A program made the translations under genes and the position numbers. Shown here in pieces: positions 63,361-64,000 of a stretch of 64,000 nt of DNA. Origin of the DNA: Octopus bimaculoides. Its lineage: Eukaryota. A model generated the notes under the pieces. The model saw nothing but the letters and a program-made list of their open reading frames with translations, was not told the DNA's origin and searched no databases. Location of the stretch: NCBI RefSeq assembly GCF_001194135.2, contig NC_068985.1, forward strand, positions 31,907,883 through 31,971,882, in the 5' to 3' direction. Numbering within the stretch: position 1 is the stretch's first letter; each line of letters opens with the position of its first letter.

Positions 63361-63755
63361 TTTCAATTCACCTACCTGGAGATTAGGAAGCTGTTTGCTG
63401 CCTACAATAGACTCAGTATCGCACTCTTTTGCAAATGAATTTATCAGTTATTACAAATATCTTTAAATTCTAAACTTCATGATGAAAACCACTGAAAAAA
63501 AAACTGTCCATTTAATATAACACTAATTATAATTATTCTGGCTGTTGACAAATAGGTATGAACACACTGCTTTTATGCAATAATGTTATAACCACTATAT
63601 TTATTTTATTTTTAACTAATACACTCAGTTAGGAGATTAGTTTTTACAGAACTGTTTGCAAATAGGCGCAAGCATGGCTATATGATAAGAAGCTGGTTTT
63701 TCAACCACATGGTTTCAGGTTCAGTTGCACTGAAAGGAGCCTGTCGCATATATAT

Positions 63756-63756
<1 letters not shown>

Positions 63757-63788
<32 letters not shown>

Positions 63789-64000
63789 GTTTAACGTCCG
63801 CTTTCCATGCTAGCATGGGTTGGACGATTTGACTGAGGACTGGTGAAACCGGATGGCAACACCAGGCTCCAATCTAATTTGGCAGAGTTTCTACAGCTGG
63901 ATGCCCTTCCTAACGCCAACCACTTAGAGAGTGTAGTGGGTGCTTTTACGTGTCACCCGCACGAAAACGGCCACGCTCGAAATGGTGTCTTTTATGTGCC
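63757..64000 (-). mobile_element. RTE LINE 3' UTR, low-divergence copy abutting (TA)n
   Basis: (cat)n-cgtttaacgtccgctttccatgctagcatggg... Confidence 0.85.

Noticed and set aside
62965-63466. Pro-rich, Gly/Ser-rich and Val-rich ORFs in three frames
   Set aside because: Products of a degenerate trinucleotide tract; no domain or splice support.

Overview
AT-rich, repeat-dense animal genomic DNA with scaffold gaps (N runs); it is not prokaryotic. The tRNA-derived SINE families and the abundant (CAT)n-tailed RTE LINE 3' ends point to an octopus genome (inference from repeat content). Two host genes are supported, both on the minus strand. The first is a complete 14-exon NDUFS2 (complex I 49-kDa subunit; CDS 29383->10882, 1401 nt, 466 aa, all introns GT-AG, phases reconstructed by hand). 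The second is an intronless COMMD5 (7705->6998). The rest is mostly transposon debris: RTE, R4/Dong-like, CRE-like and L2/CR1-like LINEs, at least four Penelope-like elements (PLEs, one Naiad-type), Gypsy remnants, a full-length mariner, a Tc1 fragment, piggyBac-type elements and SINEs. The main leads are hammerhead-ribozyme-like cores at PLE-type termini (including a ~500-bp foldback with one core per arm), a Naiad PLE with TGA at a conserved Cys position, a 40-bp TIR element with an 8-bp TSD, and nested insertions whose order can be read directly. All coordinates were counted by hand and no searches or folding programs were run.
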